From: Tolypothrix carrinoi HA7290-LM1 | GTDB lineage: Bacteria > Cyanobacteriota > Cyanobacteriia > Cyanobacteriales > Nostocaceae | Direction of reading: 5' to 3' | DNA length: 64,000 bases | NCBI GenBank assembly: GCA_019358935.1 | Contig: JAHHIK010000038.1 | Location: 1 to 64,000, forward strand | In this document: piece by piece, positions 1 through 8,330 of the stretch | Position numbering within the stretch: the first letter of the stretch is position 1 | Layout: the number at the start of each line of letters is the position of its first letter | The notes under the pieces: generated by a model | Seen by the model: the letters and a program-made list of their open reading frames with translations, nothing else | The model's database searches: none | What the model was told of the DNA's origin: nothing | Position numbers and translations under genes: made by a program

Positions 1-121
1 AGTAAAATCTCAACTGTCTGCAAAATTGTTTTGGCTATGCCAAAAAGCATTTTGCAGACGTTTCGCTTTTACTTCGCTTACATCCCCAGGCTGTAGAGCC
101 GTGGGGAATTACGCGAGTTAG
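1..121 (-). mobile_element. Terminus (probably left end) of an IS200/IS605-family element extending beyond the window
   Basis: Subterminal hairpin CCCCAGGCT-GTAG-AGCCGTGGGG (84-106) in a CGCTTACATCCCC...GGGGAATTACGCG context typical of IS605 ends. A long stem pairs 16-26 with 49-59. The junction lies next to TTAA at 122-125. Confidence 0.55.
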
Positions 122-178
122 TTAAATTTAGAAGAGTGGAGTAATGAAGACACTGAACCAGAAGAACAAGCAGATTAA
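122..178 (+). pseudogene. C-terminal fragment of a probable HicA toxin gene (LNLEEWSNEDTEPEEQAD*), cut off by the IS end
   Basis: Open frame overlapping the hicB start, as in hicAB operons. It begins exactly at the IS junction. Confidence 0.45.
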
Positions 179-524
179 AAAGCCGTCCTTAGAATATTAT
201 TTGAACCTTCAGTATCCAGTAACACTGTACCCCGATCCAGAAGGGGGATATGTAGCTCAAATTAAAGATTTGCCTGGATGTCTCACTCAAGGTGAAACTT
301 TAGAAGAGACAGTGGCAAATATAAATGAGGCACGGGAATTGTGGATTGAGACGGCTTACGAAGCTGGCGACGATATTCCTAACCCGTGTAACGATGATAG
401 CTACAGTGGTAAGCTACTGGTACGAATGCCCAAATCTTTACATCGTCGTTTGGCTGAGACTGCTGAAAATGAAGGTGTAAGCCTTAATCAGTATATTGTG
501 TCTTTATTGAGTGCGTCGGTGTAA
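144..524 (+). CDS. hicB: HicB-family antitoxin (HicB domain + C-terminal RHH)
   Basis: Motifs DLPGCLTQGETLEE and SGKLLVRMPKSLHRRLA...GVSLNQYI. Confidence 0.9.
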   Translation: MKTLNQKNKQIKKPSLEYYLNLQYPVTLYPDPEGGYVAQIKDLPGCLTQGETLEETVANINEARELWIETAYEAGDDIPNPCNDDSYSGKLLVRMPKSLHRRLAETAENEGVSLNQYIVSLLSASV

Positions 525-614
525 GTGATGTTGAGAGATGGCGATCGCATTTTTTAATTGTGGCAAAAAGTGCGATCGCATTGTTAGTGGTTGTTAAAAA
601 TAGCAAATATCTGC

Positions 615-878
615 CTAAATCTTGTCTTTCAACAGATGAATCACATCTGTACTCCACTTCAGTTGAAAGCCAGAATGATTGTTGTTGCCAGTGTAGGGCA
701 GAATTACGGTTAAGTCCTTGGCTAATATAGTGGGTTCCCAAACATTACCAACCTTATGCTGTAATTGCATCGCTTGCAGTAGCTTGTTAATTTTGGTTCC
801 ACTTATTTTTTTACCTGTTAGTTTTTCTAATTCTTTACCGATCTCTGTTGGATTTAAGAATTGAGTTTGTAGGGTCAT
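615..878 (-). CDS. Small phage antirepressor (KilAC/ANT-like) DNA-binding protein
   Basis: Pattern PTEIGKEL...SGTKINKLL...LQ..W.PT...QLKW resembles antirepressor C-terminal domains. Confidence 0.55.
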   Translation of the reverse strand: MTLQTQFLNPTEIGKELEKLTGKKISGTKINKLLQAMQLQHKVGNVWEPTILAKDLTVILPYTGNNNHSGFQLKWSTDVIHLLKDKI

Positions 879-914
879 GAACTTAACCTCAGTAACAATA
901 GTTAGAGGTTAGAT

Positions 915-1021
915 TTTGGGAACTTCCTAATGGAACAAGCGGCTAGGCAGAAGCTAAAAGTCTTTTATAATATGGATTAGGCAGTTTGGGAACTTATTCG
1001 AGTTCGGGGCGTTCCCAAACT
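915..1021. promoter_or_regulatory. Divergent promoter with an 11-bp inverted repeat (AGTTTGGGAAC / GTTCCCAAACT) and an extra half-site
   Basis: Inverted repeat at 983-993 and 1011-1021. Further copies at 915-925 and 734-743. Confidence 0.45.
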
Positions 1022-1048
1022 TTTTTGAAAAATTCTTATACTTTACAT

Positions 1049-1423
1049 ATGCCAAAAATTAGCTGGAGTATTGATGTTCAACAACGGGTGAGACGTTTGT
1101 TGGAAGAATTGTTGTCATACGTCTTGGATTACCGCAATGACCTCCAGTTGAAATACAGGTGGGAAGATGAGGATACTAATAGACCTAAGTTAATAGTTGA
1201 AACACAGCGGAGATTCCTTGAAGCACTAGCCCAGTTTGAGAAGCAACATGACTTTTACGAAGCTATCAACCGTCTTAAAGACTTGAATATTTATGAAGAC
1301 AGACGCTTCCATACAAGAGGAAAAGACTACTGGCACTTTGCTTTGACACTTTGGGGCAAAGATAAACAAAAAAATCTTAAGGAGTTTGATAGAAAGTGGG
1401 AATGCCGAAAACCTGATAAATAA
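1049..1423 (+). CDS. Hypothetical protein; probably the N-terminal domain of a fusion with the downstream ATPase
   Basis: ATG at 1049. Same frame as the 1430 ORF and separated from it only by TAA AAA AAA. Confidence 0.55.
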   Translation: MPKISWSIDVQQRVRRLLEELLSYVLDYRNDLQLKYRWEDEDTNRPKLIVETQRRFLEALAQFEKQHDFYEAINRLKDLNIYEDRRFHTRGKDYWHFALTLWGKDKQKNLKEFDRKWECRKPDK

Positions 1424-1429
1424 AAAAAA

Positions 1430-2677
1430 ATGTCTGATAAAAAGAAGCCTACGCTTGAAAAATCAGATGTCAGCAAACATCATTTTCAGCCTGTGTTTGA
1501 AATACAAGATAATTCCTACCAACGTAGTTTTGTGATTGGGACGCACATTGATACGAATAAGATAATTTCCTTGGATTTTGCTCGCCTTCTAGAAAGTAGT
1601 GTTGGAGTGTTTGGCAATCCAGGAACAGGTAAGACATTCCTAACTCGATTGCTACTGTCTGGTCTGATTAGCCAGCAGGCAGCCGTTAATTTAATTTTCG
1701 ATCTTCACTCGGAGTACGGATGGGAAGTTGTTAGTCGAGGTCAACCAAGCATAGTCAAAGGCTTGTGGCATCTGTTTCCCAAAAGCGTAGAAATTTACAC
1801 CCTCGACTCTGAATCTACACGTCGCCAGGGTATTCATGCACACGAACTTTATCTTAGTTACGACCAAATTGATGTTGAAGATATCAAGTTAGTTAGTCAA
1901 GATTTAGGACTGTCGGAAGATAGCATCGATAACGCCAACATACTGCATAGCGAGTTTGGTAAGCGTTGGATTGTCCAGTTACTGAATATGACAAATGAGG
2001 AAATCCAGATTTTCTGTAACGAGAAGCGGGGGCAGAAAGATTTGATTATGGCATTACAGCACAAGTTGCAGCGCCTAGATGGTCTGAAAAATATGCGAGC
2101 TAGTCTCCCGCAGAATTATATCCATCAACTTTTGCAATCCCTGGCAGATGGTAAGAATGTTGTAGTGATGTTTGGTTCTGAGTTTGATATGCTTTCTTAT
2201 AAGTTAATAACAAATATGATTGCGCGGCGGATTTACCTACATTATGTCCGCAAAACAGAGAAATTTTTACAAACAAAGAATCCGAAGGACCGTCCCTGCC
2301 AATTAGTAATTACAATTGAAGATGCCCATCACTTGTTAAACTCCAACACAGTTCGCCACAACATTTTTAACAATATTATTCGGCAATCATGGAAATCTTG
2401 CATAACTTTACTGGCAGTAGAACGATATCCCTCCAGAATTGATAAAGAAGTGATGTCTGAACTTGGTACTCGCATTACTGGTTTGCTTAATGATGAAGAT
2501 ATTGATGCGATTTCTACTGGAATTCCTAGTTATCATTGCCTACGCTCTATGCTGTCCAAACTAGATTCTACGCAACAAGCTGTTATCTTTGGTCATGTCG
2601 TAACTGCACCAGTGGCGGTGCGGACTCGACCTTATGATGAACAGTTTTATGATGAAATACGAGATGTTGCTCGGTGA
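1430..2677 (+). CDS. HerA/FtsK-family (DUF87) ATPase paralog with degenerate motifs and no HAS barrel
   Basis: Walker A GNPGTGKT, motif IFDLHSEYGW, Walker B-like ITIEDAHH, and C-terminal VRTRPYDEQFY resembling cyanobacterial HerA. Confidence 0.8.
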   Translation: MSDKKKPTLEKSDVSKHHFQPVFEIQDNSYQRSFVIGTHIDTNKIISLDFARLLESSVGVFGNPGTGKTFLTRLLLSGLISQQAAVNLIFDLHSEYGWEVVSRGQPSIVKGLWHLFPKSVEIYTLDSESTRRQGIHAHELYLSYDQIDVEDIKLVSQDLGLSEDSIDNANILHSEFGKRWIVQLLNMTNEEIQIFCNEKRGQKDLIMALQHKLQRLDGLKNMRASLPQNYIHQLLQSLADGKNVVVMFGSEFDMLSYKLITNMIARRIYLHYVRKTEKFLQTKNPKDRPCQLVITIEDAHHLLNSNTVRHNIFNNIIRQSWKSCITLLAVERYPSRIDKEVMSELGTRITGLLNDEDIDAISTGIPSYHCLRSMLSKLDSTQQAVIFGHVVTAPVAVRTRPYDEQFYDEIRDVAR

Positions 2678-2749
2678 TAAATTTATGCAAGTTATCATAC
2701 CCCTCTTCCCACAAAAAAGCGATCGCCCCAAATCATCGTGATTCTTTTT

Positions 2750-2810
2750 AGTCCGCGACGGCGGACTTTGTTTGTGTGCCCGTAAACTCTGCGACTTCCA
2801 GTCGCTAGGT
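2750..2810. repeat. Small dispersed palindromic repeat (AGTCCGC..GCGGACT / GCGACT..AGTCGC)
   Basis: Two short hairpins typical of Nostocales intergenic repeats. Confidence 0.5.
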
Positions 2811-2825
2811 ACAATCTTTGCTCTT

Positions 2826-3065
2826 GTTGTCTCACCCAAGGTGAAACCCTAGATGAGACAATGGCAAATATAATTCAAGCGCGGGAATTGACCGATTTCG
2901 ACAGCGCCCAAGTCAAAAAGCGATAATATTCCTTTACCTTGTAACGATGATACCAAAGCGTGGTAAGCTACTGGTTAGGATGGCAAAATTTCTGCATTGT
3001 CGTTTAGCAGTCTTTGCCGATCGCAAAAATGTCAGTCTCAATCAGTACCGAAGTGTCTTTGTTCG
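2826..3065 (+). pseudogene. hicB: Decayed second copy of hicB
   Basis: Aligns by eye with 278-510 (TGTCTCACxCAAGGTGAAAC, TGTAACGATGATA, TGGTAAGCTACTGGT, AATCAGTA). Frameshifted and lacks the 5' end. Confidence 0.8.
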
Positions 3066-3101
3066 CATAAAGCAACAAATCAACCAGTTATGTGCGTCCC
3101 G

Positions 3102-4388
3102 CTATACAGCTGCGTTTCGCGTTCTTTTCTGGTTGTTTTTCAGCAAGCAAAGCACAATAGTTAGTAGCAAAATAGCACTTACTGCTGATGGCTCTGGTAC
3201 TTTCTTAATTTCCGGTCCCGGAAGTATCGGGTTAGAACAAGAACCATTGACACTGTGATTATTAGCAACACCATTGCCACCAGACATAGTAGGGCATACG
3301 CTAGGGCTAGGGCTAGGGGGAGGGGGAGGAGTGACACCAGTTTCTCCACCGCTGGAAATAAGAGTCCCTCTTGATCCGGAACTATCTCCACTGTCTCCAT
3401 TCAACAATAGAAATAAAAGCAGTCCTGCCAGAGGAATTCCTATTAACCAAGTAGGAAAGCGATTACCGGAACCGTCTGGAGTCAAGGCATATCCTTCTGA
3501 GAAAGAAGGAACATCAACGCTTATCGCTTCTGGCTCCAACGTGACTACAGGACCACCCAAAAAGGCATTTCCTTCTAAACCTTGCCCGTATAGCGAATCA
3601 AACTCATTCGGAATTCCCGCAAAGGGACGCCCAAGTTCTCCTCCTTCAGGTGAGAAGGGAACCGAAAGTATGTGTAAAATGCTGTCTTTGAGTAAGTTCT
3701 CATTTCCTGCATTCAACGCTTGGAAACCTCTAGAGAAGTTACCCAAGTAATACTGCGTCACCTCTTTTGGCAAACCTAAAGATTGAATCTGCTGCTCAAG
3801 GTTGGGAATTTTGGAAACCTCTTCTAAAAGCAGACGCCCATAAGAGTATTTCAAGTCCAGCAATCCACTTCGGAGACTGAGTGAGTTATTGTCTCCGGAT
3901 AATGGCGACCAGTAGAAGTTCTTGGTTATCAGTCCCAGATTTTCAACCGGAGTCCGACCAAGCTGTTGCCCCAGAACATACTGATAGCCATCCATAATGT
4001 TTGTGGCATCGTTTTTCCAGAACGAGGAATATGGAACTTCAGGCAGACGGGGGTTGTTACCGTAGAAGTTAGAAAAATTACGGAAGTTTTGCTCTCCACC
4101 GGCTGCACGTATCAAAAGGTTGGAGTAGCTAGTTTTGTTATTTTGTTCAACTAATTGTTGGAGTACCTCTCCAGTCTTGTTGCAACCAAGTCCAAATCCT
4201 GTAAGACACCCAGGAATAACTCGCATCTGACTGAGACTTTTGCCCGATAGTTGGTACTGGAGATAATTTTGCTCCAATCCTGGTTGAACACCATAAAGTC
4301 CTATATTCAGTTGAGCCGAAGCAGGCTGAATAACTGCCATTACTGCGAACAATGACAACGCAACCCTGTTTACGACTGACTTCAACAC
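3102..4388 (-). CDS. PEP-CTERM sorting-domain surface protein
   Basis: Signal peptide (AVIQPASA). C-terminal VPEP + hydrophobic helix + basic tail. Additional internal TM helix and a Pro/Ser linker. Confidence 0.8.
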   Translation of the reverse strand: MLKSVVNRVALSLFAVMAVIQPASAQLNIGLYGVQPGLEQNYLQYQLSGKSLSQMRVIPGCLTGFGLGCNKTGEVLQQLVEQNNKTSYSNLLIRAAGGEQNFRNFSNFYGNNPRLPEVPYSSFWKNDATNIMDGYQYVLGQQLGRTPVENLGLITKNFYWSPLSGDNNSLSLRSGLLDLKYSYGRLLLEEVSKIPNLEQQIQSLGLPKEVTQYYLGNFSRGFQALNAGNENLLKDSILHILSVPFSPEGGELGRPFAGIPNEFDSLYGQGLEGNAFLGGPVVTLEPEAISVDVPSFSEGYALTPDGSGNRFPTWLIGIPLAGLLLFLLLNGDSGDSSGSRGTLISSGGETGVTPPPPPSPSPSVCPTMSGGNGVANNHSVNGSCSNPILPGPEIKKVPEPSAVSAILLLTIVLCLLKNNQKRTRNAAV

Positions 4389-4421
4389 AATTAACCTCCA
4401 CCAAATAAAATTGGACTTAAC

Positions 4422-5054
4422 CTAACGGACTTGGCTAGAACCCAAGTTAGACGGCGAGTTGATGTTTATGGTTATCCCCGTACCTTTGAGTTCTCCTGCA
4501 TTCAGCGGGTGGTACATTACAAAACTACGGCTGGGTTGGTCAAACAGATAACCACGGCGTGAAGCCTGTATCTTCCCGGAGCGTACTAGCGATATAAATG
4601 TCTGCAAATACTTACGTATACTTTCACGGTTGTTCCGGGTTGTATTTGTATAGTTATCAACAAGTGTCATGAAGAAATCTAAGCTGCGGTTCTCTTGTCC
4701 CTCAATCAAACTGCCCTGTTCGAGGAAAGAACTTGCCACCAGCTTTCCATCTATCTGTTGAACCTTTAAGAGGGTGTAATAGCGTCCTTCCTTTTTCGGG
4801 TCATTCGCATAACAAACCCACGAACCGTTACTAGTTTGTATAAAACCTTGCTGCGCCAGGTAAGAAATTGGAGAATTACTTGGCTGGCTTAATGGAGGTA
4901 ACAAATTCTCTACTGCATCACTAGAGCAAATTTTCTGTGTTACTCTCTCAGGAGAAGCAGTCGGAGCCTGCTGTGAAAAAGCAACATCAGATGCAGCAGC
5001 TACTGCATATATAGCAAAAGCCGCTGCGCCAAAAAAGCGCACAAATATATTCAT
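4422..5054 (-). CDS. Secreted hypothetical protein, co-oriented with the PEP-CTERM gene
   Basis: 210-aa ORF with an Ala-rich signal peptide, 33 bp upstream of the PEP-CTERM gene. Confidence 0.75.
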   Translation of the reverse strand: MNIFVRFFGAAAFAIYAVAAASDVAFSQQAPTASPERVTQKICSSDAVENLLPPLSQPSNSPISYLAQQGFIQTSNGSWVCYANDPKKEGRYYTLLKVQQIDGKLVASSFLEQGSLIEGQENRSLDFFMTLVDNYTNTTRNNRESIRKYLQTFISLVRSGKIQASRRGYLFDQPSRSFVMYHPLNAGELKGTGITININSPSNLGSSQVR

Positions 5055-5212
5055 TGAAAATCTCCGTTAGATAATCTGAAATAACAGGGTGTAGCAATAT
5101 AAACTGCTGGTTTTTGTCAAAAAATGCGTATCACTAACGGGGAACACACAACGTTACGCTCATGCTTTTGGGCAGCTTTATTTCTAGCCGGAAAATTATA
5201 AGTTTAAGATTC

Positions 5213-5479
5213 TAGGACTTACGCATTGGCAAAAATCTGATTGTGTCAGCATAGCCCTACCAGCGAAAGTAAACGGAAGATAAGCTTGTTTACTTTTCCT
5301 CTGTATTCTTAACTAGGTCTTTGACTCATTATTTATGCAATGCCTGGGAAAAAATGGGAAAAAATACGCGAGAAGCGATCGCCCACACACTAGACAGCTA
5401 GACTACACAACTGCACTACGAATGCACCCTGTTGTTAGTCCATATAGCTGCACTTGATGAGCAAAATGCCTAAGTCATA
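5213..5479. mobile_element. MITE-like element with TAGGACTTACGCA-type terminal inverted repeats
   Basis: TAGGACTTACGCATT (5213-5227) matches AATGCCTAAGTCATA (5465-5479) at 13/15. The same terminus occurs at 51408-51423. Confidence 0.5.
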
Positions 5480-5745
5480 CATTCCTAATTTCAGATGAAG
5501 TTAGGATGCAAAGACTTTGCAGCGGTGAGACAGCGCTCCATGCTCTGCATTCATTAGCCAATATTTACTTTCATTAATACGGGTAACGCCTCGTAAGGCT
5601 ACTTTACAAGACACGATTCTCATAAGCGTCGCATTTGTTAAATATCAAATAAACTTTTGAGATATGATTGATAATAGCGCATAATCATCAATTAATTCTT
5701 TCTTTAAATATTAAATATGGGGTTATACCCCACAACATCTAACTT

Positions 5746-6775
5746 AAGAGCAATTTTCAGGTAATTGAACCACAAACTCTGGTAAGCTAGACATGAAGTA
5801 ATTGTTTGATTCGATGCCAGTATCTTACTCGGAAGATTTGCGTCGTCGCGTGATTGCAGCGAGGGAGCGCGAAGGAAGGTTCACAACGGCAGATGGCGCA
5901 AAGATTCAAGGTCAGCTTGTCGTTTGTACGAAACCTGCTGCGTCATTATCGTGAAAGTGGACAAATTGAAGCAAAACAACGTGGGGGATACCAAAAGCCG
6001 ACAATTCAGGATGAACATCTAAGCATGATTAAGTCTTGGGTGGAAGGGAAAAATGATTTGTTGCTAACAGAGTTGTGCGATCGCTTTGCAGAAAGTACAG
6101 GGATTGAGGTAAGTATTACTACAATGCATCGCGCAGGAGAAAAATTAGGCTTACGCTGTAAAAAAAAACTCTTTACGCAAGTGAGCAGGATACACCACGA
6201 GTACAAGAATTACGGCATGAGTATCGTCGTTGGTTAGAAAAAATTGACGTGCGAAATTTGGTATTTGTCGATGAAGCCGGATTGAATTTATCAATGTCAC
6301 GCTTGTTTGCTCGAGCAGTCAACGGCGAACGAGCAGTTGGTAGTGCTCCTGGAACCAAGGGTGGGAATGTTTCTTTGATTGGTGCAATAAATATTGATGG
6401 ACTAGTTGCTGCAATGACTGTGCCAGGAAGTACAAATACTGAGGTATTTTTTACCTATGTAACTCAGGTCTTAGCACCTCAGTTATGGGAAGGAGCAATT
6501 GTCGTAATGGATAATCTTAAGGTTCATCATGCTGAACGTGTAAGAGTTGCAATTGAGTCAGTGGGCGCAAAAGTCAAGTTTTTACCTCCCTACTCTCCTG
6601 ACTTATCACCCATAGAGCTTTGTTGGTCTAAACTTAAGCAATTTCTTCGTTCCTCTGAAGCACGTACTTCTGAATCACTCAATCAAGCAATGGCTGAAGT
6701 TGTAAATTATATTACCGAGGATGATACTTTCGGTTGGTTCAATCACTGTGGTCTATTTACCTGAAAACTGCTGTA
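5746..6775 (+). mobile_element. IS630-family insertion sequence
   Basis: Imperfect TIRs AAGAGCAATTTTCAGGTAATTGAACCACA / TGTGGTCTATTTACCTGAAAACTGCTGTA, with a DDE transposase inside. Confidence 0.9.
5814..6764 (+). pseudogene. IS630 transposase: programmed -1 frameshift at an A9 run (6160-6168) plus an additional +1 frameshift near 5870
   Basis: MPVSYSEDLRRRVI start at 5814, HTH part continuing in another frame, and DDE motifs FVDEAG, VMDN, YSPDLSPIE. Confidence 0.85.
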
Positions 6776-7019
6776 ATTCAGCACCAAATATAACTTTAGT
6801 ATTTTGAACTAAAGCGAGTCCGGTAGTTTTAGAACCAGGATCGATTTTTACCTGAATGGGTTTTACTGGTGTTAGGGAAACCGTTTTAAGAATAATCGTA
6901 AACGGATAACGACGGAACACAGCAGCTTGACCATCGTTGAGTAATTTTCTAGCCGTACCAGGATGAACGGGGTTACATGGTTTTTTGTTTGTGTCAATAA
7001 CTAAAACGTAATTTGACAT
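6774..7019 (-). pseudogene. iscB: Truncated IscB RNA-guided endonuclease (PLMP/RRXRR domain + RuvC-I)
   Basis: MSNYVLVIDTNKKPCNPVHPGTARKLL...RRYPFTIIL...KIDPGSKTTGLAL...GAEL, ending at the IS630 TA junction. Confidence 0.9.
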
Positions 7020-7039
7020 ATTTGAAAAACTCCAATTCA

Positions 7040-7454
7040 ATGGGTAATGTCAGCTTCGATCTTGTTATCCTAGCTTTTTACACTTGCAACACTAAACCAT
7101 TGACCTTAGTTTTGTTTAATTGCAAATGACAGAGCAACAAACTAGCTACGCATTTGAAGGTGTCGTGACCGAAGAGGCAGAGGGGAAGGGGGCAGGGAGC
7201 AGGGGGAGCAAGCCCAACCCCAACGAAGTGGAGCGAAGCGGAACATGGGTATGAAGCCCCGTCCTTCTTTGTCCGCTTGGCTGGGGCGGAGTACAAGCTC
7301 CGTCGAGCGCCTCTCCCCCCCCCCTGCTCCCTGCTCCCTGCTCCCCTGCCTCTTTTGACAAGGATAACGGCTACCTATTCCTAGGTGATCTGGTCAGTAC
7401 GGCTTTTAGGTTTTTAAGCTAGAAGCCCCGTCATTTTAATGCGGGGTTGCTGAC
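7040..7454 (-). ncRNA. omega RNA (HEARO-type) scaffold and terminus of the IscB element, interrupted by a 186-bp insertion
   Basis: Minus strand reads GTCAGCAACCCCGC...GACGGGGCTT...TGACCAGA...CGTTATCC..GTCACGACACC...TGCGTAGCTAGT..GCTCTGTC...TTAAACA...AGTGT...ATAACA..TCGAAGCT.ACATTACC, directly upstream of iscB. Confidence 0.8.
7170..7355. mobile_element. MITE inserted in the omega RNA
   Basis: Inverted termini AAGAGGCAG / CTGCCTCTT with GGGAGCA heptamer arms. Flanked by TGAC at 7166-7169 and 7356-7359. Confidence 0.7.
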
Positions 7455-7623
7455 GCCCTTGGTTCAGTGGCTCTTCAAAACTAGTGAATTAGCTTTAAAT
7501 TACTACTAAATTAGTATTAAAGCTAACTAGATTTAATCTGCTTTTAAGCAGATTATATAAAAGCAATTAATCAGGCTTTAGTGAGATGACGGGGTGTGAG
7601 TATCAATGGATACTGTTGGCGAA

Positions 7624-7847
7624 GTCAAGAAGAGGCAGGGGGCAGGGGGAAGGGAGCAGGGGAAACCCCATCCATGAATGGAGGGGCCTAATTGAGGACG
7701 TAGTATTTCTTGCACTACGTGTCTGGAAATACATTTTTGTTGTTCTCCATCCATAAATGGAGGGGCTTGAGACCATGCAAGCAGGGGAATTCCAGAATCT
7801 TTTCCCCCTTGCCCCCAGCTCCCCGCTAAGAGTGCCTATAAAGGTCA
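7624..7847. mobile_element. Related MITE-like element with two CCATCCATRAATGGAGGGG hairpins
   Basis: Same GTCAAxAAGAGGCAGGG start as the 7170-7355 element, with a duplicated internal hairpin. Confidence 0.5.
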
Positions 7848-8330
7848 AAAAACGCCTCTATCTGGGTGGATCAGTTTAGTGATAAACCGATTTAGAGCTT
7901 TTTGGGCAGCTTTGTATCCTGGTGCTTGCTTACCTAATTTGAGGTCAAACAAAATGCGATCGCGTAACGCCTCAAGATCCACTACTTGAGGAAACTTAAT
8001 TTTTGCTTGTTCTATCAATGCAGCATTCTCTTGACTCAGATTTCGTATTTCTTCTAAAAGCATCTCTATTTCCTCCTCCTTCGGTGTATTACACGGTTGT
8101 TTGTCCATCTTCAACCTTGTATTACATGGAAAAGTATTCTCGCTTTGCCGTGTAATACAAGGTAGGGTATTGTCACGAATGATTTGCTCTAAATAGTCAG
8201 AACGTGTGAGTCCCAAGCATTCAGACGCGATGCCCAATGCTTGCCAGGTAGTGTCGGTTAATCTTAGAGATCGGACTTTACGGTAGTCTTCGTTTTTGAG
8301 CGCAAACTTGCCTTGAACATCGCGTTTCAT
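7845..8330 (-). CDS. Putative ribbon-helix-helix DNA-binding protein with coiled coil
   Basis: RSLRLTDTTWQAL...GLTRSDYLE fits an RHH pattern; C-terminal helical domain. Confidence 0.6.
   Translation of the reverse strand: MKRDVQGKFALKNEDYRKVRSLRLTDTTWQALGIASECLGLTRSDYLEQIIRDNTLPCITRQSENTFPCNTRLKMDKQPCNTPKEEEIEMLLEEIRNLSQENAALIEQAKIKFPQVVDLEALRDRILFDLKLGKQAPGYKAAQKALNRFITKLIHPDRGVF

Noticed and set aside
2947..3258. 103-aa ORF as an independent gene
   Set aside because: Its N-terminus is one frame of the hicB pseudogene, and the remainder is antisense to the PEP-CTERM gene.
3274..3750. Antisense ORFs within long genes (e.g. 3274-3750, 11448-11834, 15988-16434, 62323-62700)
   Set aside because: Shadow frames of well-supported genes on the opposite strand or frame.
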